Shown here piece after piece: positions 49,919-60,756 of a stretch of 64,000 nt of DNA. The translations under genes were made by a program, and so were the position numbers. The first letter of the stretch is position 1, and each line of letters opens with the position of its first letter. Origin of the DNA: a virus; the UHGV virus genome UHGV-0144373. One strand, given 5' to 3'. The notes beneath the pieces were generated by a model. It saw only the letters and a list, made by a program, of their open reading frames with translations. It ran no database searches and had not been told where the DNA came from.

Positions 49919-50119
49919 ATGAGCGAGAACGTTTATAAAGAACTTTATGAAGCTAACAAGAAGTTAGAGTTTATGCAGAATACTATCATGGCAATTGCAG
50001 ACAGGCTATCTGTAGCAACAGGTATTGATATTAAAGAAGCATCTATGGATGCACTTCTTGATGCTGTTGATGCAAAGTTCGAAGTTAAGAAAGAAGAGAC
50101 TGCTACAGACTCTGAATAA
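49919..50119 (+). CDS. hypothetical small protein upstream of terminase
   Basis: 66 aa; GGAGAAAA SD. Confidence 0.4.
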   Translation: MSENVYKELYEANKKLEFMQNTIMAIADRLSVATGIDIKEASMDALLDAVDAKFEVKKEETATDSE

Positions 50120-50140
50120 TTCTATTTGCGGAGGCGCTTA

Positions 50141-51742
50141 ATGGACTTAAATGCTGTTAAGCAGAAGCGAGTGGAAGATGTTAGGAAAGTCCTAGCTGGA
50201 GAGTTGGGGCTTTCTGATGAAGTAAAAGAAATTATCAAATCATTCGGTAAAGACCCCTCTAAATTCCTTCCAACTCAAATTCTGACTTTATTAAGATACA
50301 CACCAGACCAAGTTCGCCTCATCTTTAAATTGATGACTGATAAGAACTATGTAGCCCCTCAACCGGGTTCTCAAGAGGTCTTTTTAAATACTAATGCTGA
50401 CTTGGTTCTCTATGGTGGTGCTGCTGGTGCTGGTAAAACTGCTGCATTGTTAATGGACTCTTTAAGATTCATTGAAGACCCTAACTATAATGCTGTATAT
50501 TTCCGTCGAAATACAACACAGCTACAAGGTGGTTTATGGCCTGCTGCAAAGAAACTATTTGGTAAGTTTGGTGGGATTCCTCACGAGCAGAAGATGACTA
50601 TCACATTCCCTTCTGGGGCAACTATCAAGTTTACCTACCTAGAACTTGAAAAGCACGCTGAAGGTCATCAGGGTATTGAATACTCAGCTATTTACTTTGA
50701 CGAAGGTACACACTTCTCTGCTTCGCAGATTTCATACCTACAAACCCGTCTGCGTTCTGGTGCTGAAGGCGATTCATACATGAAGATTTCCATGAACCCA
50801 GACAGAGACCATTTTATTTATGATTGGGTAGAACCATTCTTAGATGAAGAAGGTTATCCAGACCCTGAAAAGTGTGGTCGTATTCGTTGGTATGTAATGA
50901 ATGATGGTGTGATGGTTTCTGATTGGGAGAGAGACAAGATTCTTGAAATGTTCCCTCTTGAGATTCCTCAAACATACACCTTCATCTCTGGTACGATTGA
51001 TGATAACCCGATTCTTGACTTCTTAGAACCAAAGTATCGCGGTAAGCTTGAAAACAACACTCCTGTAAACGTTGCAAGACTTCGTTTCGGTAACTGGAAG
51101 GCTCGTGCAGAAGGTTCAAACTATTGGCAAAGGCAATGGTGTGAAATTGTTGATTCACTCCCAGAAGATGTATTTGATGTTAGAGCATGGGACTTAGCAG
51201 CAACTTTACCATCTGAGATTAACCCTAATCCAGACTGGACAGCAGGTGTTAAGATGGGTAAATCTAAAAAAGACGGTTGCTATTATATCATTGATGTAGT
51301 AAGATTTAGAGATAGACCCTCTGGAGTCGAAACACAAATTAATTTGACTGCTGAAAGTGACGGTAAGCGAACTGGTATTTTTATCCCTCAAGACCCAGGC
51401 GCTGCTGGTAAATCCTACGCAACATCCCTCATCAGGAAACTTGCCGAGAAAGGCTATCGTGCAAGAGCTAAACCAACAAATAAAGATAAAGTTACCCGCT
51501 TTGCGGGATTTTCTGCTGCTTCTGAAGCTGGACTTGTAAAAGTCTTGAGAGGTAGTTGGAATGAAGCTTACTTTCAAGAGCTTGAAGGCTTTTGTGGTGA
51601 TGGCAAAACTAAAGATGACCAAGTGGATGCTACCAGTGATGCTTTCAACAGTCTTAACGAAGTTAAACTATTCAAGCCACCATCAATGGGTGCTCACACA
51701 GACTTAGTGAGAGGAAATCCATATGAGGGGCTTAGACGTTGA
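50141..51742 (+). CDS. terminase large subunit
   Basis: ATG50141 after GCGGAGG; Walker A LYGGAAGAGKTAA; size and position immediately upstream of portal. Confidence 0.75.
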   Translation: MDLNAVKQKRVEDVRKVLAGELGLSDEVKEIIKSFGKDPSKFLPTQILTLLRYTPDQVRLIFKLMTDKNYVAPQPGSQEVFLNTNADLVLYGGAAGAGKTAALLMDSLRFIEDPNYNAVYFRRNTTQLQGGLWPAAKKLFGKFGGIPHEQKMTITFPSGATIKFTYLELEKHAEGHQGIEYSAIYFDEGTHFSASQISYLQTRLRSGAEGDSYMKISMNPDRDHFIYDWVEPFLDEEGYPDPEKCGRIRWYVMNDGVMVSDWERDKILEMFPLEIPQTYTFISGTIDDNPILDFLEPKYRGKLENNTPVNVARLRFGNWKARAEGSNYWQRQWCEIVDSLPEDVFDVRAWDLAATLPSEINPNPDWTAGVKMGKSKKDGCYYIIDVVRFRDRPSGVETQINLTAESDGKRTGIFIPQDPGAAGKSYATSLIRKLAEKGYRARAKPTNKDKVTRFAGFSAASEAGLVKVLRGSWNEAYFQELEGFCGDGKTKDDQVDATSDAFNSLNEVKLFKPPSMGAHTDLVRGNPYEGLRR

Positions 51743-51758
51743 TAGCTAGGTGAGAAGA

Positions 51759-53225
51759 ATGGCAGATATTACAGAAACACAAGAAAGCTTACCACCATTT
51801 AGAATGGGTGAAGTAGGTTCTTTGGGTCTGAAGGTTAAGAATGGAAGAATCTATGAAGAACCTCGTCAGGCACTAAGGTTCCCTGAAAGTATTAAAACTT
51901 TCCAATTAATGATGCGTGACCCTGCTGTAGCAGCATCTGTAAATATTATTAAGATGTTTGTCAGAAAAGTCAACTGGAGATTCGTACCTCCAAAGGGAAA
52001 AGAGCAAGACCCTAAAATGCTTGAAAGAGCAGACTTCTTTAATTCTTTAATGGATGACATGGAGCATGATTGGGCAGATTTTATTAACTCTGTAATGTCA
52101 TTCTGCACTTATGGGTTCTGTGTTAACGAGAAAGTTTATAAGAAGCGACAGGGCAAGAAAGGAAAGTACCAGTCTAAGTTTGATGATGGTCTAATTGGGT
52201 GGGCTAAATTACCAATCAGAAACCAATCAACACTCGATAAGTGGTATTTTGACGAAGACTTTAGAAAAGTTACTGGTGTCAGACAAAATCTGAGAAATGT
52301 TTCACATATTGCCGGAGCAATTAATCTTGGAGAGAGACCACTAACAAGAAAACTTCCACGAGCTAAATTCATGCTGTTTAAGTATGACGATGAATATGGA
52401 AATCCAGAAGGTCGTTCACCATTACTTAATGCCTATGTGCCGTGGAAGTATAAAGTTCAGATTGAAGAGTACGAAGCTGTTGGTGTTTCAAGAGACTTGG
52501 TAGGTATGCCAAAGATTGGTTTACCACCAGATTATCTGGATGAAAATGCAGAACCTGAAAAGAAAGCTTTCGTACAATACTGCAAAACTGTTGTTAATGA
52601 TATGATTGCTAATGACAGAGCAGGTTTAATCTGGCCTAGATATATTGACCCAGATACTAAAGAGGATATTTTTGAGTTCTCATTAGTTTCTAGACAGGGT
52701 GCTAAAGCATACGATACAGGTTCTATTATTGACAGATATTCTAAGCAGATTATGATGGCATTTATGTCAGATATTCTTGCTATGGGTCAGTCAAAATATG
52801 GTTCATTCTCTCTTGCAGATTCTAAGACAAGCTTACTAGCAATGTCAGTAGATATTCTGCTGAAGCAAATTAAGAACGTAATTAACCGTGATTTAGTTGC
52901 ACAGACTTATGCTCTTAATATGTGGGACGATGAAGAACATGTGCAAATCACATATGATGATATCGAAACCCCAGACCTTGAAGTAATTGGTTCTTATATC
53001 CAGAAGACTGTTGCAGTAGGTGCTTTGGAAGTTGACAAAGAGCTATCTAACAAGCTTAGAGAGCATATTGGTCTTCCTCCTGCTGATGAGTCTCAGCCAG
53101 TATCTGAAAAGCTTTCTCCAAATAGCCAAAGCCGTTCAGGAGATGGTTATAAGACCGCTGGAGAAGGTACTGCAAAGACACCTTCAGCGAAAGACCCAAG
53201 CACAGCAAATAAGGCAAATAAATAA
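51759..53225 (+). CDS. portal protein
   Basis: ATG51759 after GAGAAGA; 488 aa; between terminase and head protease. Assigned by synteny and size. Confidence 0.6.
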   Translation: MADITETQESLPPFRMGEVGSLGLKVKNGRIYEEPRQALRFPESIKTFQLMMRDPAVAASVNIIKMFVRKVNWRFVPPKGKEQDPKMLERADFFNSLMDDMEHDWADFINSVMSFCTYGFCVNEKVYKKRQGKKGKYQSKFDDGLIGWAKLPIRNQSTLDKWYFDEDFRKVTGVRQNLRNVSHIAGAINLGERPLTRKLPRAKFMLFKYDDEYGNPEGRSPLLNAYVPWKYKVQIEEYEAVGVSRDLVGMPKIGLPPDYLDENAEPEKKAFVQYCKTVVNDMIANDRAGLIWPRYIDPDTKEDIFEFSLVSRQGAKAYDTGSIIDRYSKQIMMAFMSDILAMGQSKYGSFSLADSKTSLLAMSVDILLKQIKNVINRDLVAQTYALNMWDDEEHVQITYDDIETPDLEVIGSYIQKTVAVGALEVDKELSNKLREHIGLPPADESQPVSEKLSPNSQSRSGDGYKTAGEGTAKTPSAKDPSTANKANK

Positions 53226-53725
53226 TGACTGAAGTTATCTCTATTTCAAATGCTACACGAGTGCATTCGTATAGAGGTGTCCTTATCATTACTGACAAGT
53301 TATCTGTAGAGGCTGGCTCAAGGGTCAGCCTTTCAGGTTATGTAAGTGATGGTGGAACCTCTGACGTTTTCACTATTTGCAGGTTACTTGATTCCCCAAT
53401 GAGTGGAAAACCGTTTATTTCAGGAAATTGTAGTGAAATTGTTAAAATTCCATTTGACAGTTCATGCCTTTTGGGTGTAAAGTTATATAACTGCGAGAAT
53501 AAACGTATCAATGTTAATAGCATTGAAGCCGCTTTCATTACCCTCGACACTGCATTTCAATCTCCAATGACAGTTAATAGAGAAACAAACAGACTTGAAT
53601 ACATTTTTTCACAAAATGATTACAAAGTACTTGTCAAAGGCAAAGTATATGATATGATTGTAAATGTGGTAGATGAATCTGGTAACCATTCAACAGTCCT
53701 TAAACAAAAAGTAAGGTTTAATTAA
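53225..53725 (+). CDS. hypothetical head-module protein
   Basis: 166 aa; TAATG overlap with portal stop. Confidence 0.4.
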   Translation: MTEVISISNATRVHSYRGVLIITDKLSVEAGSRVSLSGYVSDGGTSDVFTICRLLDSPMSGKPFISGNCSEIVKIPFDSSCLLGVKLYNCENKRINVNSIEAAFITLDTAFQSPMTVNRETNRLEYIFSQNDYKVLVKGKVYDMIVNVVDESGNHSTVLKQKVRFN

Positions 53726-54057
53726 TGGGAACATTAACTATTGATGGTAAGAATAAAATCCTCGCCACGCTAACCCCAACGACTATTATTTTACACAATG
53801 TAGACCCAACGGCAGACCCTACAGCAAATAAGGTTACTCAGCCAGTGGCTATTTATTTTTCTGAACCGGATAATGGCTTAATTGCCTCAGAAGACACAGT
53901 TAACATTACTGTTCCAGCTTCTGCAACGGTCTCACACTATAGCTTGTGGGATGCTAACGATAAATGCGTGGCAACTGGTGCTCTTAGCAAACCTCAATTC
54001 TTCGCTGAAGAAGGTATCTATGTTATCTCTTCAGTCTCTGTAGATTTAAACAAATAG
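53725..54057 (+). CDS. hypothetical head-module protein
   Basis: 110 aa. Confidence 0.4.
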   Translation: MGTLTIDGKNKILATLTPTTIILHNVDPTADPTANKVTQPVAIYFSEPDNGLIASEDTVNITVPASATVSHYSLWDANDKCVATGALSKPQFFAEEGIYVISSVSVDLNK

Positions 54058-54068
54058 GGTGAGTAAAA

Positions 54069-55415
54069 ATGAGTTCGAATATCTTCAGACTTGCTGATAG
54101 ATTATTCAACCAACCTTTACTAGCCACTGAATCATTAGCTCACTCAGCAGCAACTTATGTGAATAACAGATTGCTGGGTGATGTCCAAGCAGCAGTAAAC
54201 TTTGATAAACCCAAAGGTGAAGCAAGAAGTCTTTTAAAAGTAAAAGATGACATTGCTATTATCCCTATTATGGGTGGTTTAACCCATCGTATGACATTCA
54301 TTGATGCAATGTGTACAGGTGGATTAAGCTCTTATGAGGGTTTACGTAGAGGCTTTGACGAAGCTTTAGCAGATGAGTCAATTAAGACTATTGTTCTGCA
54401 CATTGATTCTGGTGGTGGTGAAGCTTCAGGTTGCTTTGAATTAGCACGTCACATCATGGCTTCAAGAGGCCAAAAGAAAATTATTGCTTATGTAGATGAG
54501 TTCGCTTGTTCCGCTGCATATGCTCTTGCATCTTCTGCTGAAGAAATTATTGCATCACCAGATGCAGATGTTGGTTCTATTGGTGTAATCATGGTTCATC
54601 AGGAATTAACTAAGGCATTTGAAAAGAATGGCGTAACAATTAACGTCATCAAAGCTGGTGAGTTTAAAGGTATGGGTTCACCATTCCAAGCACTCTCAGA
54701 AGAAAGCAAAGAAAGACTTCAAAAGAGAATTAATGATACCTACGCAACCTTTACAGGTTTTGTAGCTGAATCTCGTAATCTCTCTGAAGAAGCTGTAAAG
54801 AATACTGAGGCGAATGTTTATTCTGCTCAGGAAGCTCTTGAACTTGGTTTAATTAACTCAATCATGTCTCAAGATGATTTCTTAAATTACTTACAAGGTT
54901 CTGAAGAGGCTCCTGTAAGTTTAAACGTTAACAATTCAGGTGAAGAAATGACTGAACAAGAAAAGCAAGAACTAGAAGCTTTGCGTCTTCAGGTTGCTCA
55001 AATGAAAGCTAAAGAACAGGAAGCTGCTTTGTCAGATTTGACTAATAAGATTTCTGCTTCTGCTGAAGCTTTTGGGTTTGATGCAAAAGAAGCTGCAACG
55101 ACTATTTTAGGTGCTGGTCTTGATAACCCTCTAAGCGTTCTGTTTATGAATGCTATGGAAGGTGCTAACCAGAAACTTAATGAAACTATCGCGTCCCATG
55201 CTTCTGCAATGGAAGAAAAAGAATCAGAAATTACCAAGCTGAAAGAAACTGCTGGTGCTGTTCTTGAACATTCCAACGCTATGGAAGAAGTGGGTAATGA
55301 CGGCGAAGCTGATTTGGTTGAAGAAGAAAAAGAACCAGCTAAGAATGCTTCCGAAGACACCGCTGAACAACGCAAACTGGCTCTCCAGAATGCTCTAAAA
55401 TCTCTTATCAAATAA
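54069..55415 (+). CDS. prohead protease (S49/ClpP-like) with C-terminal scaffold-like region
   Basis: 448 aa; FACSAAYALASSAEEII matches the S49 serine-peptidase active-site region; C-terminal 200 aa is Ala/Glu-rich helical, as in lambda C/Nu3. Confidence 0.65.
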   Translation: MSSNIFRLADRLFNQPLLATESLAHSAATYVNNRLLGDVQAAVNFDKPKGEARSLLKVKDDIAIIPIMGGLTHRMTFIDAMCTGGLSSYEGLRRGFDEALADESIKTIVLHIDSGGGEASGCFELARHIMASRGQKKIIAYVDEFACSAAYALASSAEEIIASPDADVGSIGVIMVHQELTKAFEKNGVTINVIKAGEFKGMGSPFQALSEESKERLQKRINDTYATFTGFVAESRNLSEEAVKNTEANVYSAQEALELGLINSIMSQDDFLNYLQGSEEAPVSLNVNNSGEEMTEQEKQELEALRLQVAQMKAKEQEAALSDLTNKISASAEAFGFDAKEAATTILGAGLDNPLSVLFMNAMEGANQKLNETIASHASAMEEKESEITKLKETAGAVLEHSNAMEEVGNDGEADLVEEEKEPAKNASEDTAEQRKLALQNALKSLIK

Positions 55416-55426
55416 GGAACACAACA

Positions 55427-55804
55427 ATGGCATATCAAGGTTTTACTAAGTTAGGTAAAAGAGAACCTCTGAATGATATCATTCTTTGGGAACAGGTTAC
55501 CCCAACAGGTCACTCTCGTAAAGAGTACACTCCAAAAGCTTCTACAGAATACCGTGTTGGTGAAGTTCTGAAAGCAGATGGCTCTAAAGTTGCAGCAGGA
55601 GAAGAAGCTCAGGCCGATTCTGTATGTATCGTTAACTTTTATGCAGACCTGCAACTGTCTTACCATGGTCAGTTGAAAGTGGTTGGTATTTACCGTGACG
55701 CAGAACTGAAAGACATGCTTACTCTTGAATCAAGCGTTAATGCTGATGAAGTCAAGAAAGCTCTGGCTGCTAAAGGTATTGATTTCGTACCAACTGGCCT
55801 GTAA
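55427..55804 (+). CDS. putative head decoration protein
   Basis: 125 aa, between protease and major capsid gene. Synteny only. Confidence 0.35.
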   Translation: MAYQGFTKLGKREPLNDIILWEQVTPTGHSRKEYTPKASTEYRVGEVLKADGSKVAAGEEAQADSVCIVNFYADLQLSYHGQLKVVGIYRDAELKDMLTLESSVNADEVKKALAAKGIDFVPTGL

Positions 55805-55837
55805 TAACAATAATAAGACATTCTGGAGAATTTTACA

Positions 55838-56944
55838 ATGTTGACTAATTCTGAAAAAAGCAGATTTTTCCTTGCTGACCTAACTGGTGAAGTCCAGTCT
55901 ATCCCAAATACTTATGGGTATATTTCCAACTTAGGTCTGTTCCGTTCAGCACCAATCACCCAAACTACTTTCCTTATGGACTTGACTGATTGGGATGTTA
56001 GCTTGCTTGATGCGGTAGACCGTGATAGCCGTAAAGCAGAGACTAGCGCACCTGAGCGTGTTCGTCAAATCAGCTTCCCAATGATGTACTTCAAAGAAGT
56101 TGAAAGCATTACTCCTGATGAGATTCAGGGTGTACGTCAGCCAGGCACTGCAAATGAACTGACTACTGAAGCTGTAGTACGTGCTAAGAAGCTGATGAAG
56201 ATTCGTACCAAGTTCGATATTACTCGTGAGTTCCTGTTTATGCAAGCTCTGAAGGGTAAAGTTGTTGATGCTCGAGGTACTCTGTATGCTGACCTGTACA
56301 AACAGTTCGACGTTGAGAAGAAGACTGTTTACTTCGACCTTGACAATCCGAACTCTGATATTGATGCTCACATCGAAGAACTACGTATGCACATGGAAGA
56401 CGAAGCTAAGACTGGTACTGTAATCAACGGTGAAGAGATTCACGTAGTTGTTGACAGAACTTTCTTCAGTAAACTTACCAAGCATCCGAAGATTCGTGAC
56501 GCATACCTTGCACAGCAGACTCCGCTGGCATGGCAACAGATTACTGGCTCTCTGAGAACTGGTGGTTCTGATGGTGTTCAGGCTCATATGAACACTTTCT
56601 ACTACGGTGGTGTTAAGTTTGTCCAGTACAACGGTAAGTTCAAAGACAAGCGTGGTAAGGTTCACACTCTGGTGAGCATTGATAGTGTAGCAGCAACTGT
56701 TGGTGTAGGTCATGCTTTCCCTAACGTTTCTATGCTGGGTGAAGCTAACAACATCTTCGAAGTGGCATATGGTCCATGTCCTAAGATGGGTTACGCAAAT
56801 ACACTTGGTCAGGAACTGTACGTATTTGAATACGAAAAAGACCGTGACGAAGGTATTGACTTCGAAGCTCACTCTTACATGCTGCCATACTGTACTCGTC
56901 CTCAGTTGCTGGTAGATGTTCGCGCTGACGCTCAAGGTGGCTAA
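55838..56944 (+). CDS. major capsid protein (HK97-fold, lambda E-like)
   Basis: 368 aa; CTGGAGAA SD; position after protease and decoration genes. Confidence 0.65.
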   Translation: MLTNSEKSRFFLADLTGEVQSIPNTYGYISNLGLFRSAPITQTTFLMDLTDWDVSLLDAVDRDSRKAETSAPERVRQISFPMMYFKEVESITPDEIQGVRQPGTANELTTEAVVRAKKLMKIRTKFDITREFLFMQALKGKVVDARGTLYADLYKQFDVEKKTVYFDLDNPNSDIDAHIEELRMHMEDEAKTGTVINGEEIHVVVDRTFFSKLTKHPKIRDAYLAQQTPLAWQQITGSLRTGGSDGVQAHMNTFYYGGVKFVQYNGKFKDKRGKVHTLVSIDSVAATVGVGHAFPNVSMLGEANNIFEVAYGPCPKMGYANTLGQELYVFEYEKDRDEGIDFEAHSYMLPYCTRPQLLVDVRADAQGG

Positions 56945-56964
56945 TAAACTTAGGAGGGTTATGA

Positions 56965-57414
56965 ATGTGTTATACAGGCGACCCAGCCAATAACCCTCTT
57001 GATAGAGTAAGAATCCTCTGCACAGACACTAATAATGATGAAATTCTTATTGAGCAGTCTGTGCTAGAGTGGTTCTATCTAGAATCTGGAAAGGATGAAA
57101 AGAAAGCAGCCATCAAAGCTCTTAAATATTTACTCTTTCAAGTAGCCAAGATGGGAGATGAGAAGGTTGGTGGTGTTTATTTACGTAACTCTTCCAGATT
57201 CAAATCTCTGAAAGCTGTTTATGACGACCTTGTTAAAAGCTCTGTTTCAGGACTACCCTATGCAGGTGGTATTAATCAGTGTGATATTGACATGCGTCGT
57301 CAGAATCCTTGCTCTGTCAAGAAATACACAGAATATGGTGATGCTGCCAGATACGAAGGCAGAGATTACTGCAACCGTGTTAATGGCGTATTTATTATCG
57401 AGCGAGATGAATAA
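56965..57414 (+). CDS. head-tail connector/neck protein (hypothetical)
   Basis: 149 aa; TAGGAGGG SD. Confidence 0.4.
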   Translation: MCYTGDPANNPLDRVRILCTDTNNDEILIEQSVLEWFYLESGKDEKKAAIKALKYLLFQVAKMGDEKVGGVYLRNSSRFKSLKAVYDDLVKSSVSGLPYAGGINQCDIDMRRQNPCSVKKYTEYGDAARYEGRDYCNRVNGVFIIERDE

Positions 57415-57896
57415 TGGTTAAAAGGGTTATTCACCCCGCTAGAGCAAAATTAGTCGGGGCTATGAAGAACTTGCAAACGGCTAATGCTCAAGTTGGGTAT
57501 TTTCAAGAACAAGGTCAACATAGCTCTGGTTTTTCTTATCCTGCTTTAATGTATTTACAAGAAGTTATTGGGGTTCCTTCAGCTTCTGGTAAAGTATATC
57601 GTAGGTTGTTTGAAATCACTATGATGCTAAACAAACAGACCTTGTTAGAGCAGACTAAGAAGAATCTATATAAGCAACTTAGCAGTCTCAACACAGACCC
57701 TTCAAATACCTTAGAAGCATTTGCAAAGAATGCTCAAAAGGCAATTAAAAGGGGGTTTGGTAATTCTGCTATCCTCCCTCCTAACGCACCTTCCACAGTC
57801 AAGAAAAAAGGCTTTAACGCACCTCTTGTTGAGACAGGTGACTTAAGAGATAACCTTGCTTATAAAATTTCTACTAAGAAGGGTATTAAAAAATGA
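57414..57896 (+). CDS. neck/head completion protein (hypothetical)
   Basis: 160 aa. Confidence 0.4.
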   Translation: MVKRVIHPARAKLVGAMKNLQTANAQVGYFQEQGQHSSGFSYPALMYLQEVIGVPSASGKVYRRLFEITMMLNKQTLLEQTKKNLYKQLSSLNTDPSNTLEAFAKNAQKAIKRGFGNSAILPPNAPSTVKKKGFNAPLVETGDLRDNLAYKISTKKGIKK

Positions 57897-58294
57897 GACT
57901 CTTAAACAGGCACAGCTTTGTAGTAAAGCGTAAAGTCTCTGAAGACGGTTATTATAACGATGATGGTGATTGGGTAGCTTCACAAGATATTGTAGAGGTT
58001 AACTGCAAAGGTAATATCCAGCCATATATCAAAGGTTCTGTAAAGAATGGTACACAGATTGCTTTACCGGAAGGTATCAGACTTACCGATACAAGAATCC
58101 TGTATACCACATATAAACTTAGAACTTCAGATGATGTAGAGTGGAATGAGTCTGATATTGTTATGATTGATGGTCATGAGTATGAAGTATTTATGACTAT
58201 GGATTGGTCACAGCAATTAGCCCATACGTCCCATTATGAATATATTATTATTAGAAGGGATAAAATGAATGCAGTTAGAAACAGCAGAACTTGA
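57893..58294 (+). CDS. neck/tail completion protein (hypothetical)
   Basis: 133 aa. Confidence 0.4.
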   Translation: MRLLNRHSFVVKRKVSEDGYYNDDGDWVASQDIVEVNCKGNIQPYIKGSVKNGTQIALPEGIRLTDTRILYTTYKLRTSDDVEWNESDIVMIDGHEYEVFMTMDWSQQLAHTSHYEYIIIRRDKMNAVRNSRT

Positions 58295-58868
58295 AAAAGG
58301 TCTAGTTAGAACCTTAGTGGATGTTATTGGTCACAGACTAGCTCGTGATAAAAATAATAGACCGAACGTAATTAGAGCTTACCCTTCTGATAACTCAAAT
58401 GACAAAGGTTTAAAACCTGACCAGCCATTTATCACTGTATATTGTCAAGATGCTGCAACACCTTATGGTTGGGTTCTTGATAAGTTTGTTGAGGATGATG
58501 TAGTTTGCTACAGAATTGCTTTTCAGATTCCTGTATTAATTACGGTAAATGGTAAAGGTGCTCACAGTATTATGCTTGAGCTTAAACAACGATTAGAGAT
58601 GAGTTCAGTCAGGGATTTAATTCTTGAAGAGACAGGAGCTACAGTACTAGACACTGGAGCCATCCCAAATGACTACACTTATCTCAATACAGATTTCGAA
58701 AATTCTGCGCCTCTTGTTGTAACTCTTGTAAAAAACTCAGTCCTGAAGGATGAACGTGGAAGTATTATTGAGCGTGTCATTGTTGATGGTGAGTTGGTTT
58801 ATGAAGAAGGACAAGAGCCACCAGAATATACTATCCATCTAGATGTAGACTCCAAAGGGGTAAAATAA
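58269..58868 (+). CDS. neck/tail terminator protein (hypothetical)
   Basis: 199 aa. Confidence 0.4.
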   Translation: MQLETAELEKGLVRTLVDVIGHRLARDKNNRPNVIRAYPSDNSNDKGLKPDQPFITVYCQDAATPYGWVLDKFVEDDVVCYRIAFQIPVLITVNGKGAHSIMLELKQRLEMSSVRDLILEETGATVLDTGAIPNDYTYLNTDFENSAPLVVTLVKNSVLKDERGSIIERVIVDGELVYEEGQEPPEYTIHLDVDSKGVK

Positions 58869-60221
58869 ATGTGGAATCCAATTGTTAATGTAGATATTAC
58901 ATTGAACACCGCAGGAACTACAAGAGAAGGTTTTGGTTTGCCACTATTCTTAGCTTCAACAGATAACTTTGAAGAAAGAGTTCGTGGCTACACTTCCTTA
59001 ACTGAAGTTGCTGAAGATTTCGATGAGAGGTCTGCTGCATATAAGGCTGCTAAACAACTTTGGAGTCAGACTCCTAAAGTAACTCAGCTTTATATTGGTA
59101 GACGTGCTATGCAGTACACTGTATCAATTCCTAATGCCGTTGCTGAAAGTACAGACTACTCAATTACTGTAGCTGTTGGCGGTGGAATTTCTCAACCATA
59201 CCAGTACACATCAAAAAACTCAGATACTGCTGAGAAAGTTTTGCAACAGTTTAAAACACAGATTGAAGCTGACCCAACAATCAAAGATAAGGTTTCTGTG
59301 AACGTAACTGGTAGTGGTGCTTCTGCCACAATGATTATTACCAAAGCTGGTGATAATGACTTTGTGAAAGTAACAACTACAGCACAGACTGTATATATTG
59401 CAAGTACAACTGCTGATACAGCATCAACTGCTCTGGCAGCTATCGAAGCTTACTCTACTGACTGGTATTTCATTGCAGCAGAAGACAGAACGCAACAGTT
59501 TGTCTTAGCAATGGCTTCTGAGATTCAGGCTCGTAAGAAAATCTTCTTTACGGCTAACTCCGATGTAACAGCCCTACAAGGTACAGAGTTAGCCAGCGCA
59601 AATGATGTTCCAGCACAGCTTGCTAAGAGCATGTACACCCGTACAGTTTGCTTGTGGCATCACACAGCAGCAGAAGATTATCCAGAAATGGCATACATTG
59701 CTTATGGTGCTCCATACGATGCAGGTTCAATTGCTTGGGGCAATGCTCAACTAACTGGTGTAGCTGCTTCTCTACAGCCAGCTAATAAGAGACCTCTGAC
59801 AAGTATTCAGAAGTCAGCTTTAGATGCACGTCACTGTAACTTTATTGACCTTGATGGTGGTGTTCCAGTGGTTCGTAGAGGGATTACTTCTGGTGGGGAA
59901 TGGATTGATATCATCCGTGGTGTTGACTGGTTAGAATCAGACCTGAAAACTTCTCTGAGAGACTTGCTAATTAATCAGAAGGGTGGTAAGATTACTTATG
60001 ATGATACTGGTATTACCCGTATTCGTCAAGTCATTGAAACCTCTCTGCAAAGAGCAGTCAACAGAAACTTCCTGTCATCTTACACAGTTAATGTTCCTAA
60101 AGCCTCTCAAGTTGCTTTGGCAGACAAGAAAGCACGTATCCTGAAAGACGTTACCTTCGCAGGTGTCTTAGCAGGGGCTATCTTGGATGTTGACTTGAAA
60201 GGTACAGTGGCTTACGAATAA
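58869..60221 (+). CDS. tail sheath protein (putative)
   Basis: 450 aa, followed by a 148-aa tube-sized protein, chaperone pair and tape measure: myovirus-type order. Confidence 0.45.
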   Translation: MWNPIVNVDITLNTAGTTREGFGLPLFLASTDNFEERVRGYTSLTEVAEDFDERSAAYKAAKQLWSQTPKVTQLYIGRRAMQYTVSIPNAVAESTDYSITVAVGGGISQPYQYTSKNSDTAEKVLQQFKTQIEADPTIKDKVSVNVTGSGASATMIITKAGDNDFVKVTTTAQTVYIASTTADTASTALAAIEAYSTDWYFIAAEDRTQQFVLAMASEIQARKKIFFTANSDVTALQGTELASANDVPAQLAKSMYTRTVCLWHHTAAEDYPEMAYIAYGAPYDAGSIAWGNAQLTGVAASLQPANKRPLTSIQKSALDARHCNFIDLDGGVPVVRRGITSGGEWIDIIRGVDWLESDLKTSLRDLLINQKGGKITYDDTGITRIRQVIETSLQRAVNRNFLSSYTVNVPKASQVALADKKARILKDVTFAGVLAGAILDVDLKGTVAYE

Positions 60222-60236
60222 TAGAGGTAAATTGGA

Positions 60237-60683
60237 ATGGCTATGTATCAGCAATATTCCCCTAAAGACGTTGTATGTAGCTGGAATGGTATTGCCATTG
60301 AAGGCTTTGCCCCAGATTCATTCTTGCGTCTACAGAGAACATCACCGCTTGTGACACCAGTTGTTGGTGCAGGTGGTCAAGTTGCTCTGACAAGAAATGC
60401 AGACAAGACAGGTACTATTGAGATTGAGTTAATGCAGACTTCTCTCTCTAACCAGATGCTTTCTGCAATTCAAGCTAAACAAGACAATATGGAACTTGAA
60501 GAAGATATCTCTTCTAACTTCGTAATCTACGACCCATCAGGCTCTGTTCTGGCAACTGGTATTAATGCTTGGTTGCAGGAATTACCACAGATTGAACTTG
60601 GTCGTGACCAGAACTCTAAAACTTGGATTTTTGGTTGTGAGAAGCTAGACTACACTTCTACAATTCCAGCGTCAAGTGTTTAA
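60237..60683 (+). CDS. tail tube protein (putative)
   Basis: 148 aa; AGAGGTAAA SD; synteny. Confidence 0.45.
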   Translation: MAMYQQYSPKDVVCSWNGIAIEGFAPDSFLRLQRTSPLVTPVVGAGGQVALTRNADKTGTIEIELMQTSLSNQMLSAIQAKQDNMELEEDISSNFVIYDPSGSVLATGINAWLQELPQIELGRDQNSKTWIFGCEKLDYTSTIPASSV

Positions 60684-60756
60684 TAAATCCTATAAGGGGG
60701 AGACTTTAAAAGGTCTTCCCCTTTTTTGTTTCTTTTAAAAGTATTAAGGAATCACA